Source: an uncultured archaeon
GTDB lineage: Archaea; Asgardarchaeota; Hermodarchaeia; Hermodarchaeales; Hermodarchaeaceae
Length of the DNA stretch: 46,409 bases
Reading direction: 5' to 3'
Assembly: GCA_964347045.1 (NCBI GenBank)
Contig: CAYFXC010000013.1
Coordinates: forward strand, 1 to 46,409
The translations under genes were made by a program, and so were the position numbers. Each line of letters opens with the position of its first letter. Position 1 is the stretch's first letter. The notes beneath the pieces were generated by a model, which was not told the origin of the DNA, ran no database searches, and saw only the letters and a program-made list of their open reading frames with translations. Shown here in pieces: positions 37,511 to 46,409 of the stretch.

Positions 37511-38002
37511 ATGTCAAAAGAGAACGTGTGTATTTTCATTGATGGGGGCAATGTCTTTCATGCGACCGATGCGTTGCACATCCGGGTTGATTTTGCCAAA
37601 CTTATACATGAACTGACGGGTCCGAGACACCTGGTGCAAGCCTACTATTATGGGGCAACCCCAAATTCTCCTGATCAAAATCGATTTTTTGACAAGTTAC
37701 GCCATCTGGGTATCGATGTGAAAACCCTCCCCCTTCGCCAATACCACGGAACCCCTTTTGAGAAAGGCATCGATGTCATGCTCGTCACCGACATGATCCT
37801 GTTTGCCCATCAAAACCGCTATGACACCGCCATCCTCGTCTCCGGCGACAAAGACTTCACCTATGCCATCAAAGGCATCCAAGCCATCGGTAAAACTGTC
37901 GAAGCAGCCGCCTTTGACCATGTGTTCGCTATCGAACTCCAGCAGGCGGCAAACAAAACGGTTATCCTCGACCAGCTTATCCCCCAAATTAAACTCTCTT
38001 AA
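37511..38002 (+). CDS. NYN domain (PIN-like, LabA/DUF88) protein
   Basis: FIDGGN, EKGIDV, SGDKDF. Confidence 0.9.
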   Translation: MSKENVCIFIDGGNVFHATDALHIRVDFAKLIHELTGPRHLVQAYYYGATPNSPDQNRFFDKLRHLGIDVKTLPLRQYHGTPFEKGIDVMLVTDMILFAHQNRYDTAILVSGDKDFTYAIKGIQAIGKTVEAAAFDHVFAIELQQAANKTVILDQLIPQIKLS

Positions 38003-38130
38003 CAAGGAAACCAAAAAAACCTGGGGAGGACAAGCCGTCTAAAAGAAAAAACAGCCAACAAGCTAGCAGCAACAACAATGACGAAGATTGTATTTCGAAC
38101 GGCATATATTTTATTATAGGAAATCAGGCA

Positions 38131-39789
38131 ATGGGTGGCATGGACCCGCTGGCTATCGTGTTCAGCATTGTCGGTGGTTTAGCCATCTTTATGTTCAGCG
38201 TTAAATTGCTCAGCGATAGCCTCAGCAAAATAACAGGTCCACGAGTTGTCCGGATTCTGGAACGAGCAACCAATAACCCCGTGAAAGGCATGGGGGTGGG
38301 AACCGCTACCACAGTGATGACGCAAAGCTCGAGCGTTACTGTTCTAACTTTAATTGGCATGGTGAATGCGGGATTGTTGACCTTTCGCCAATCGGCAAAT
38401 GTCATCTTAGGTTCAGAGATTGGAACTACCATAACAGCTCAAATTGTTTCATTTGATATCGGCCTAGCTTATATGCCACTAATTGCCATAGCGTTCTTCG
38501 TCGGGTTCTTTTCGAAAAATGAGAAAGTGAAACTAGGAGCGCGAGTAGTGTTCAGCTTGGGGCTACTCTTTCTGGCCATGGAACTGATGGCGACAGGAAT
38601 TGGTCCCCTCGTGGATTTACCCCTTTTTGTTTACTTGATTGACACCTTTGGTTCGATTCCAGTAATTGGGGTCCTAATCGGATCGTTAATTGCTGGGGTC
38701 ACTCAGAGCAGCTCCGCCACCACGAGTCTAGTGATTGCATTTGGGCGAGTGGATGCCATCTCGCTAGAAGCGGCGATCGCCATGGTTATGGGTGCGAATA
38801 TCGGAACCACATTCCTCGAGTTATTCGCAGCAATTGGAGCCTCACGACCAGCGAAACGAACAGCCATAGCTCAGGCGTTGATCAATGTGATTGGCGTTTT
38901 AGTATTCCTTCCATTTCTTTACCCCTATGCGAATCTAGTAAGGTTGACGAGTCCTGATCTTACTCGGCAGATTGCCAATGCACACACCATCTTCAACGTT
39001 TTGGTGAGCTTCTTATTCGTTCCGTTTGTGGGTGCATTAGTCTGGACCTGTGAACGCATAATTCCGGTGAGAGAAGGGGAACTCACCCCACGACATTTCT
39101 TTGACGAAAAAATGCTCAACTTCGCCCAACTGGCTTTACAAGAGTCCGAGCGGGAAGTGATTAGTATCGCTGAAAAAACCCTGAAAATGCTGGAGCTCAG
39201 TAAGGTCGCATTAATTGACGATGACATAGATGCCGCAAAAGAGATTATCAGATTAGAAGACGAAGTGGACGAATATTGCGATGAAACTGAATTATTCATT
39301 GACAGAATAAGAGAAGGGGATCTAGCCGAGAAGCAACAGATGTGGCGAATAAAATTACTGAATATCATAACCGATATTGAACGCGTCGGAGATATGACCA
39401 ACAATCTTGCCGAATTTGCCATGAGAAAAACCAGTGAACAAATACCATTCTCTGAGACAGCCAAGAAGGAATTAACGAAACTATTCGAAAAAGTCGAAGA
39501 GACCTATTCTATAGCCATAAGAGCCATGAAGCAAAAGAGCGAAATCCTCGCCCAACAAGCCGTGGATATGGAGGACGAAGTCGATTTCTTAGAACGAAAA
39601 TACAAGCGCGCTCACATCAAAAGGACCACCGAAGGTATCTGCGTCCCTCAGGCAGATGTGATGTTCACCGAAACCCTTAGAAACCTAGAAAGAATTAGCG
39701 ATCACGCCGATAACATCGCTTACGATATCCTTGACACCTTCTATAACCATATCATCGTAGGAACTCGAAAACGAACACCATCCTCTTAA
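38131..39789 (+). CDS. Na+/Pi cotransporter with two PhoU domains
   Basis: Two QSSS repeats, GANIGT, ANAHT.FN, DIERVGD, NLERISDHA. Confidence 0.93.
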   Translation: MGGMDPLAIVFSIVGGLAIFMFSVKLLSDSLSKITGPRVVRILERATNNPVKGMGVGTATTVMTQSSSVTVLTLIGMVNAGLLTFRQSANVILGSEIGTTITAQIVSFDIGLAYMPLIAIAFFVGFFSKNEKVKLGARVVFSLGLLFLAMELMATGIGPLVDLPLFVYLIDTFGSIPVIGVLIGSLIAGVTQSSSATTSLVIAFGRVDAISLEAAIAMVMGANIGTTFLELFAAIGASRPAKRTAIAQALINVIGVLVFLPFLYPYANLVRLTSPDLTRQIANAHTIFNVLVSFLFVPFVGALVWTCERIIPVREGELTPRHFFDEKMLNFAQLALQESEREVISIAEKTLKMLELSKVALIDDDIDAAKEIIRLEDEVDEYCDETELFIDRIREGDLAEKQQMWRIKLLNIITDIERVGDMTNNLAEFAMRKTSEQIPFSETAKKELTKLFEKVEETYSIAIRAMKQKSEILAQQAVDMEDEVDFLERKYKRAHIKRTTEGICVPQADVMFTETLRNLERISDHADNIAYDILDTFYNHIIVGTRKRTPSS

Positions 39790-39859
39790 ACACCAAGTAA
39801 AAGCCCCGTGAATGGAATGCCAATCCATTCCTACTCACCAACAAAAGGAGGCTACAATT

Positions 39860-40612
39860 CTGCCTAAACGTGCATTGGTTCGTGAACCCAGCGCTCAATA
39901 TGCGCGCTGTATTTCTTCACACGCCTTACGCAATACCGTGAATGTGGCTCGAGCACGAGCTCAACATAAAATTTACACTAATACGCTAGCAGAACTTGGA
40001 CTTGAAATTATTCGATTAAAGGTGGACAATAACCATCCAGATGCCTGTTTTGTGGAAGATACCGCCGTTATCCACGCGGGCAAAGCCCTAATTAGCCGCC
40101 TTGCCAAGACGAGCAGACGCGGCGAAGAAGAAACAGTAGCGGAAGTACTTCAAGAATATGTACCTGTAAAGCATGTCAAAGCTCCTGGGACCCTTGAGGG
40201 CGGAGATATAATCCATGTACCCAACCAGATAATTAGTGGGATTGGTCAGCGTACCAATCATGCGGGGATTGAACAAATGCAGACCTATTTTGACGTGGCT
40301 GTTAGTACAATTGAGGATTCCAAGATCATCCATCTAAAAAGTCATGTGACCTATCTGAATAACAACATTTTGCTCGCTACCTCAACCTATGCACAACACC
40401 CGACCCTATCGAAATTCGATGTCCTCGTCGTTCCCGATGATGAACGCTATGCCGCTAATACCCTCACCATTGACGATACCGTGCTAATGCCTACGAGACA
40501 CCCCAAAACCCAACAACAAATCGAAAACGCGGGATTCAATGTTATCTGTTTGGAGATGAGCGAATTCGCCAAATGCGAAGGCGCCCTCACATGCCTTTCC
40601 CTCATCTTCTAG
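39860..40612 (+). CDS. ddaH: Dimethylarginine dimethylaminohydrolase family amidinotransferase
   Basis: PDACFVED, RRGE, LEGGD, HLKS, GALTCLS; start placed at CTG 39860 after AAGGAGG (alternative ATG 39812). Confidence 0.85.
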   Translation: MPKRALVREPSAQYARCISSHALRNTVNVARARAQHKIYTNTLAELGLEIIRLKVDNNHPDACFVEDTAVIHAGKALISRLAKTSRRGEEETVAEVLQEYVPVKHVKAPGTLEGGDIIHVPNQIISGIGQRTNHAGIEQMQTYFDVAVSTIEDSKIIHLKSHVTYLNNNILLATSTYAQHPTLSKFDVLVVPDDERYAANTLTIDDTVLMPTRHPKTQQQIENAGFNVICLEMSEFAKCEGALTCLSLIF

Positions 40613-40637
40613 ACCACTCAAACCCTCCAAAATAAGG

Positions 40638-40659
40638 AAAAACGGAGGCAACGCCTCCG
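40638..40659 (-). terminator. Hairpin plus U-tract between convergent genes
   Basis: CGGAGGC-N3-GCCTCCG followed by TTTTT on the minus strand. Confidence 0.6.
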
Positions 40660-40688
40660 AGATGAAAAGCGAATATTCGAAGAGAGAA

Positions 40689-41000
40689 TTAGTCACTGAC
40701 ATCTAACCCGGGTCGGAGCAATCGGATACTGATATCATCAAGGAGGCCCGACGCCTTAGCCATTAACTTTTGGACCTCTTCATGGTCGTAGAAGTTCCCA
40801 AACTTTTCCATGCTCTCAAACGGGAACCAATACAGGATTCGTCCAGTGTTATCAGCCCAAATTTCAACGCCAGTATCGATTATTCCCGCCTTTGTCCATT
40901 CTTTTTCTTTTTTCTCAAGAATTTTTTGCAGTTCAAGGAGTTGTTTCCACCGAGCCTCATCCTTCGGTGCCCGATACTCCACCAGCAGCACCCACTTCAC
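40689..41000 (-). CDS. Hypothetical ~103-aa protein (possible dimeric alpha-beta barrel)
   Basis: GGAGGTG SD before GTG AAG TGG; ferredoxin-like residue pattern. Confidence 0.65.
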   Translation of the reverse strand: MKWVLLVEYRAPKDEARWKQLLELQKILEKKEKEWTKAGIIDTGVEIWADNTGRILYWFPFESMEKFGNFYDHEEVQKLMAKASGLLDDISIRLLRPGLDVSD

Positions 41001-41299
41001 AACTACCACCTCCATTCCATAAATTTTGACAGTAATTATTCTCTCCAAAGCAAACTAGAAGTTCCCATTCAGCCCTCCAGAGAGAAGCAACCCACCTAAG
41101 ATGATATTCTATATTTATTTCTTTACAATTCCGAACGCAAATAAAAAAGAGATACAGGGTCTCCCACTTAGTTAAGCTCTTTTGAAGCATTGATGGAGAA
41201 GGCTAGTGTCTTGGACTATCTTTTTTTCTAAAGAGAGTAACTTTAATGGGCAGATGTTTAGTCATAAGACTCGCTTGAACACACTCACGATTTTCTGGT

Positions 41300-42751
41300 A
41301 TGATAATGGTCGAATCAACTCCGTCCTCAGAACAGCATCTTCGCTTTGGTATGGATGAAAAGCAATGGGTCGCATTTACCTCCGTAATTGCAGCGATAGT
41401 GCTCACCATCTCAAAGCTCATAGTGGGCCTGTGGACCAATAGCTTAGGCATTCTTTCTGAAGCCCTTCACTCCGCACTCGATTTATTCGCAGCAGGCATT
41501 ACCTTATTCGCAGTACGAAAAGCCGCCCAACCCCCCGATGCAGATCACCATTACGGACACTGGCGCGTCGAAAATCTATCAGCATTAATCGAAACCATTC
41601 TGTTACTCATAACGGTGATTTGGATTTTTTACGAAGCCCTACGCCGCATCATTTTTCAAGACCTTGCCGTGGAAGTCAATATCCTTGCCTTTGGAGTCGT
41701 CATATTTGCCATTATAATTGATTTTTCACGATCACGGGCGCTAAAACGTGTCGCCAAGAAATACGATAGCCAAGCCCTGGAAGCAGATGCCCTGCATTTT
41801 AGCACCGACATTCTTAGCTCTAGTGTTGTCCTCGTTGGATTGCTTTTTACATTTCTGGGATTTCCACTGGGCGATCCAATAGCAGCAATGGGAGTGGCTC
41901 TCGTGGTTCTTTACCTGACTATAAAACTTGGTCGTGAAACCATCGATATACTAACAGATCGGTCACCAAAGGAATTGGTAACTCCCATCCAACAAGCTAT
42001 TGAACAAATTGAAGGAATCAGAGAGTGTAGCCGTATTCGATTACGAAAAGCCGGACCCATTACCTTTGTCGATGTTGTCTGTCATGCGGACCCATCAATT
42101 TCCCTCGGTACAGCACATGAAATTAGTGTAGAAGCACGAAAGACTGCAGAACAGATCATTGGTCGAGCAGATGTCGTTGTCCATATGGATCTGGCATCAA
42201 AACTTCATCCCGACCTTGGAGATGCTATCAGAAAAGAAGCTAAAGACTTTCCTTGGATAAAAGACATTCATAGTATTGAAACATTTGAAAAAGAGGAAAA
42301 AATTGCTCTCGTGTTGGATCTCCAAGTAGACCGGACGATGAATCTCGATGAAGCCCATCAACTCGTCACAGAATTTGAAACCCAAATAACATTACAGTTC
42401 CCCTCCATCGATGAAATCACCACCCACCTTGAACCAAGCCGTCAACTCAATAAACGGATCCAGGATCAAAAAGCCATCACAGACCAAGTGCGTTCACTCG
42501 TGAAAAAGAATCCTCTCCTACATAATTGTCATAACATCCAACTCATTTCCCTTTCTCCCAACCTGTATAATCTCACATTTCATTGTGAAGCCTCTCCTAA
42601 ACATACCATTGAAGAAATCCACACAGCCACGACAATACTCGAAGATGAGATCCGGGAAGAACTCCCGATATTTTTTCAAATCAGAATCCACCCCGAACCA
42701 ATGACAAAAGAACAGAAGCGAAGAAAAACGGAAAAAAGGGAAGAAAAGTAG
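41300..42751 (+). CDS. Cation diffusion facilitator with three C-terminal dimerisation domains
   Basis: EALHSALD, PPDADHHYGH, ADALHFSTD, then three H.D/H.EP-ending CTD repeats. Confidence 0.92.
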   Translation: MIMVESTPSSEQHLRFGMDEKQWVAFTSVIAAIVLTISKLIVGLWTNSLGILSEALHSALDLFAAGITLFAVRKAAQPPDADHHYGHWRVENLSALIETILLLITVIWIFYEALRRIIFQDLAVEVNILAFGVVIFAIIIDFSRSRALKRVAKKYDSQALEADALHFSTDILSSSVVLVGLLFTFLGFPLGDPIAAMGVALVVLYLTIKLGRETIDILTDRSPKELVTPIQQAIEQIEGIRECSRIRLRKAGPITFVDVVCHADPSISLGTAHEISVEARKTAEQIIGRADVVVHMDLASKLHPDLGDAIRKEAKDFPWIKDIHSIETFEKEEKIALVLDLQVDRTMNLDEAHQLVTEFETQITLQFPSIDEITTHLEPSRQLNKRIQDQKAITDQVRSLVKKNPLLHNCHNIQLISLSPNLYNLTFHCEASPKHTIEEIHTATTILEDEIREELPIFFQIRIHPEPMTKEQKRRKTEKREEK

Positions 42752-42823
42752 TCCAATTGCGGCTAGTTAGTAAACGCAAAGCCGCGATACAGTTCCACCA
42801 CTTCGCATTCAAATCGTTTATGG

Positions 42824-43603
42824 TCATTTTCTTCCAAAAATAAAAACGATAGAGGCATCGGCAACGCCTATTTCTTTAGCACGGAATTTTAGTTGTTCAG
42901 CTTCCGCCACCAGTTCAGGTGTTCTTTCGCTAGGCTTCAATTTCTGGAGGGTCTTCTTGATTCCGTTAATAAAAAACTCAACTCTTGATGCTGATTGGGG
43001 GTCTTCGCAGTCATATCGCTGAGAGCAAAATAAGCAATCCACGTAACGAGAAGAATCTAAAATCTCTAGATTGACAAGGTGGAGATCGATTAAAACCTCG
43101 ATGATTTGATTTCGTTTCAAGGTCTCATGGTGTGTTATGTCTCGCATTCGGTCAATCTTAGCTGTCCAATGATGTTCCATGATCCCTGTGCGTTGTGCTT
43201 CACTTTGCGCGCCATCTTGATACATTTCTTCAACAATGAAATATCCCCCAGGTTTGAGCACGCGCTTCATCTCCGACAGCACCAAAGGGATGTTATCCAA
43301 ATGATGCAATGAGTTGGCAATACACACTGTATCGAAAGAAGCATCTTCAAAGTCTAGGTTTTCGGCATTCATCTCTATGAACTTCACTGATTGGTCCTGG
43401 AACTCTTCATGAGCTGCGGACAAATCTTCACGGTGTAAATCAATACCAACAAAGCTGCTAGCAATCTTTAGTGTCTTCATCAGTGTCTCGATGAAGTTCC
43501 CTTTTCCCGTGCATACATCTAACACTTTTCCGCCTGAAATCGTGGATAAATGTTTGGCAATCTCTTGGGCACCCGATGCCGCTAAATTTGGTAACCCAAT
43601 CAA
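42824..43603 (-). CDS. Class I SAM-dependent methyltransferase
   Basis: VLDVCTGKG, FDTV..ANSLHH, EMKRVLKPGG. Confidence 0.88.
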   Translation of the reverse strand: MIGLPNLAASGAQEIAKHLSTISGGKVLDVCTGKGNFIETLMKTLKIASSFVGIDLHREDLSAAHEEFQDQSVKFIEMNAENLDFEDASFDTVCIANSLHHLDNIPLVLSEMKRVLKPGGYFIVEEMYQDGAQSEAQRTGIMEHHWTAKIDRMRDITHHETLKRNQIIEVLIDLHLVNLEILDSSRYVDCLFCSQRYDCEDPQSASRVEFFINGIKKTLQKLKPSERTPELVAEAEQLKFRAKEIGVADASIVFIFGRK

Positions 43604-43637
43604 TTAAACCAGCCATCACTAAACTTTGTCTAAGATA

Positions 43638-44480
43638 TCAGGTTGTGAACCTAATATGTATGAAGGAGGCTACTTTGAGCCAATCACTTAACCGCATCAT
43701 CATACGGGTTTTCCATTTCCACTTGGAATTCTTACTAATACGACTAAACATGGGAAACCAATCAAGGAGCTGTACTCGATGAGACCAGTCAAGGATTTGC
43801 TTTCGTGCATTACCCAAGCCAAATTGGATGTCAATCCCCTCAATGCCAAATGACTTAAACCGGCGTTTAAGGATGCGAATTCCAAATCGTGAGACCATAT
43901 CGAAGAAGAGTTCACCTTGGGGAAACTGCGTCGCCATTGCGTCAACAAGAGTCGCAACATCTGATTCCGGAAAATAATGAAATAACCCCCCGGCAAAGCA
44001 AAATATCCCATTTTCAGGACTAAACGTAATTTCTTTCATCCAAGATGTATCAAACGCGGACCGCGCAATATATCGATTCCGTGCGGATTCAGAAAGAAAT
44101 TGTCGTCGATACTCAATAGCAGCAGCTAAATCCAAATCATACCACAAAATTCGACCATTATCGACCCGAGAAAAGGTTGTGTCCAACCCACACCCAATGT
44201 TCACAATCGTTGAATTCGGGTGCGTCGAGAGGAACTGATGAACTGCGTCATCAAAAGTTCGAGCACGAATCAGAAAGATCAACCCATAAAATTCATTAAT
44301 GAATTTTTCCATTATCGAAAATTCCGCCTGCGCATCTGGATGTTTTGCTTTCACCTGCTCAATGAGTTGAACTGATTGGTTATCAGACAATACCTCAGGA
44401 AATTTTTGACTATACGTGGCTCTTGCCCATAACGGTCCTACCATCGTCGATTCAAGGCGCATTGCAATCGAACTAGACAC
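43638..44480 (-). CDS. LCM/TcmP-like O-methyltransferase
   Basis: PLWARA, R...FD, VNIGCGLDT, WYDLDL. Confidence 0.88.
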   Translation of the reverse strand: MSSSIAMRLESTMVGPLWARATYSQKFPEVLSDNQSVQLIEQVKAKHPDAQAEFSIMEKFINEFYGLIFLIRARTFDDAVHQFLSTHPNSTIVNIGCGLDTTFSRVDNGRILWYDLDLAAAIEYRRQFLSESARNRYIARSAFDTSWMKEITFSPENGIFCFAGGLFHYFPESDVATLVDAMATQFPQGELFFDMVSRFGIRILKRRFKSFGIEGIDIQFGLGNARKQILDWSHRVQLLDWFPMFSRISKNSKWKWKTRMMMRLSDWLKVASFIHIRFTT

Positions 44481-44667
44481 CGCCAGCCCAACTTAATGAC
44501 TAGGAGACCATACACCCTACAAATATGTATACCACATACACGCTTTCACCCTTTGAACCACTCTTATTCTCATTTTCTCACACAAATACCCAAAAAACGC
44601 AAATGTAATGATCAGAGTACCTGCGTTGCTCACCTGGTGTCATTAAGACTTTGTGAGTGGCTTGTAA

Positions 44668-45567
44668 TTACATAATCTGCGCACGATAGGAACCATGATA
44701 AGACACAAAGAGGACACGTCCCAACTGATCCACAACAGCGCGCTGATAGAACCAGAACTCATCATACCAACCATATGAGCCAGCACCCGATCGAATGACC
44801 CTTAGTCGCATATCAATGAAAAACACATCAGTATAATTCAAGCAGAGGAAAGAAGGGCCGCTATAATCTCCAAACCGATTATACTCAAAGCCCGTGTAGT
44901 TGGATCCTTCCCAATATCCTCCCCGCCAGAAAGAACAGGGCCACCATGAAAAAAAAGCATCCGGTCCCCAAGGTTGGACAATTGTGCCACTATTAGATGC
45001 AAAAACAACTGGCTTATCACCGTATGATTCAATCGATGTGGAATTCAGCGTCACATTTAGGGTTGGAAAATGTGTGCAGTTAGCGACATACGATATTGCA
45101 CGTCTACCCCAAATGAGAAACGGATTGAACGTATGATTTATGACCGCATATTCAAACAGAGTATCGTTGGACAGAAATATCGCTCCACTGACCGGCACTA
45201 ACGAATACTCGAGCGCTCCCTGGTAAAAACTTGAATCCGACAGATTGGTTGATTCATTAACCGGAATGAGGGCATAGTTGAAGGTTTCCGCCACTCGCAG
45301 CGCAACCGCTTCTTCGGTCGTTTCAAAACTACGTCGCTCCGTGTAAACATACATCCCCGGCCACCCTCCCCCAATCAGAACATACGCCCAAAACGGAAAA
45401 ATCCCAATCCCAAGAATCACCAAAACCACTAACCCCACCCCAATAATCCACACCCTCCGTGACCTCATTTTATACGCTGTGACCACAAGGACCCCAGCAA
45501 CCAATACTATCACAAACACATAGAGGTACAGACCAATATTCGCTAACCCAATATACCCAACAACCAT
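44668..45567 (-). CDS. Membrane protein with two TM helices and an extracellular domain
   Basis: GGAGGTG SD; two TM helices; many N-x-S/T sequons (NES, NLS, NDT, NHT, NVT, NYT). Confidence 0.75.
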   Translation of the reverse strand: MVVGYIGLANIGLYLYVFVIVLVAGVLVVTAYKMRSRRVWIIGVGLVVLVILGIGIFPFWAYVLIGGGWPGMYVYTERRSFETTEEAVALRVAETFNYALIPVNESTNLSDSSFYQGALEYSLVPVSGAIFLSNDTLFEYAVINHTFNPFLIWGRRAISYVANCTHFPTLNVTLNSTSIESYGDKPVVFASNSGTIVQPWGPDAFFSWWPCSFWRGGYWEGSNYTGFEYNRFGDYSGPSFLCLNYTDVFFIDMRLRVIRSGAGSYGWYDEFWFYQRAVVDQLGRVLFVSYHGSYRAQIM

Positions 45568-45859
45568 CCACTGCACCTCCACGCCAACACAACAACATAT
45601 GTTACCAACACCATAAAGCCATTTCACTCAAACAAACACCTCACAAACAACAAACTTGACTCCGAGAAAAAAAAGAACAATTCAAGAAAACAATATAAAA
45701 AAGAAAAACTGGAAGCAAGCCTCCCAAAAAAACAGCCACTTACAAGCACCGATGAAAAACGCCAGCACCCTGCTCCATGTATTCTTTCTTCGTCACCCAC
45801 ATGCTCATTCATCATTATACAGCTTCAAAAACGATCTTTCCAAATTTCGTTTTCGCCCA

Positions 45860-46282
45860 TCAGCCTTCTAGAGGCGATAGCAAAAGAAATAGATCCCTTG
45901 ATGGAGTGTCTTCCAGCAGCGTCCACGCACTCCAAAATCCTTCTTCCGGAATTATTGTTAAACTAAATCCTGCCTCACTTAACTTGAGTAGATATTCCAA
46001 ATGATGAATTTGTTCATGTAAGACCGTTTGCAACTGCAGAGTATGATCAGGGGAGCGTTCGTTGGGAGCTCCTGTTAAACTCAAATCCTGAACCCATGCA
46101 GGAAAGGATACTTCGACGATCAGTTTGACAATATCCGAGCTCTGTTGATTATAGGCAAAAAGGACCCGAGCCCAATCCGTTTCGTGGATAAGTAGAACTC
46201 TTTCGTCTTCATACTCAACATCCACCGTCTTCGATTGTGCAAGTAAGTCCCTGTGTGCTTTAACAAAATCCGAATACTTCAT
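45860..46282 (-). CDS. Hypothetical protein, paralogue of 33092-33517
   Basis: Shared MKYSD, IHETD, YLL.L..AGF.L, EEG.W.A motifs. Confidence 0.8.
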   Translation of the reverse strand: MKYSDFVKAHRDLLAQSKTVDVEYEDERVLLIHETDWARVLFAYNQQSSDIVKLIVEVSFPAWVQDLSLTGAPNERSPDHTLQLQTVLHEQIHHLEYLLKLSEAGFSLTIIPEEGFWSAWTLLEDTPSRDLFLLLSPLEG

Positions 46283-46342
46283 TGCTCTAATTCCACTCTC
46301 AATAGTCTAAGTCCATGTTTTCCGCTAGTCAAAAACGGATGG

Positions 46343-46363
46343 TGGGGAGGCCAAGCCTCCCCA
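46343..46363. other. Perfect 9-bp hairpin
   Basis: TGGGGAGGC-CAA-GCCTCCCCA. Confidence 0.55.
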
Positions 46364-46409
46364 GATAGAATACAATGAGGTCTGACGCCATTATGATTCT
46401 ACTTTCTTA

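Noticed and set aside
44492-44647. 9-bp inverted repeat CTTAATGAC/GTCATTAAG as MITE ends
   Set aside because: No target-site duplication, no second copy and no transposase in the window.
45624-46004. Short ORFs in the A/C-rich gap
   Set aside because: Low-complexity translations explained by compositional skew; no start signals or motifs.
1-46409. Selenocysteine/pyrrolysine recoding, tRNA or rRNA genes
   Set aside because: Redox proteins have ordinary Cys and full-length frames; no cloverleaf or rRNA-like segment seen in intergenic gaps (by eye only).

Overview
A 46.4-kb gene-dense archaeal chromosomal segment. Asgard affiliation is inferred, not proven, from a eukaryote-like type IB topoisomerase, single-OB SSBs, a PAC2 proteasome chaperone, a double-HTH Lrp/AsnC regulator and TATA-box promoters. 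About 52 CDSs are supported. They include a four-gene reductive pyrimidine degradation cluster (preA, class III aminotransferase, nitrilase-type beta-ureidopropionase, hydA; no preT), a redox block, a PAC2(HbYX)-Hsp20 pair, three SSB paralogues, transporters, hydrolases and methyltransferases. The ORF track missed a 3'-truncated membrane-protein gene at the left edge. I saw no tRNA, rRNA, CRISPR array, transposase or integrase. The most novel-looking signals are non-coding. (1) At 31.1-33.6 kb an Lrp/AsnC gene and three small uncharacterised genes are linked by shared elements: a ~40-bp motif in inverted orientation on both sides of the regulator, and a fixed-spacing scaffold CCCTCCAATTG-N30-TTTGGTGA-N5-CTATTG present twice, with a third copy of the 11-mer. 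(2) Two RGG-tailed SSB paralogues each have a ~95-nt leader with conserved geometry and a hairpin terminator. Also noted: a homopolymer frameshift, a probable CTG start, and an apparent G/C skew reversal across the window.
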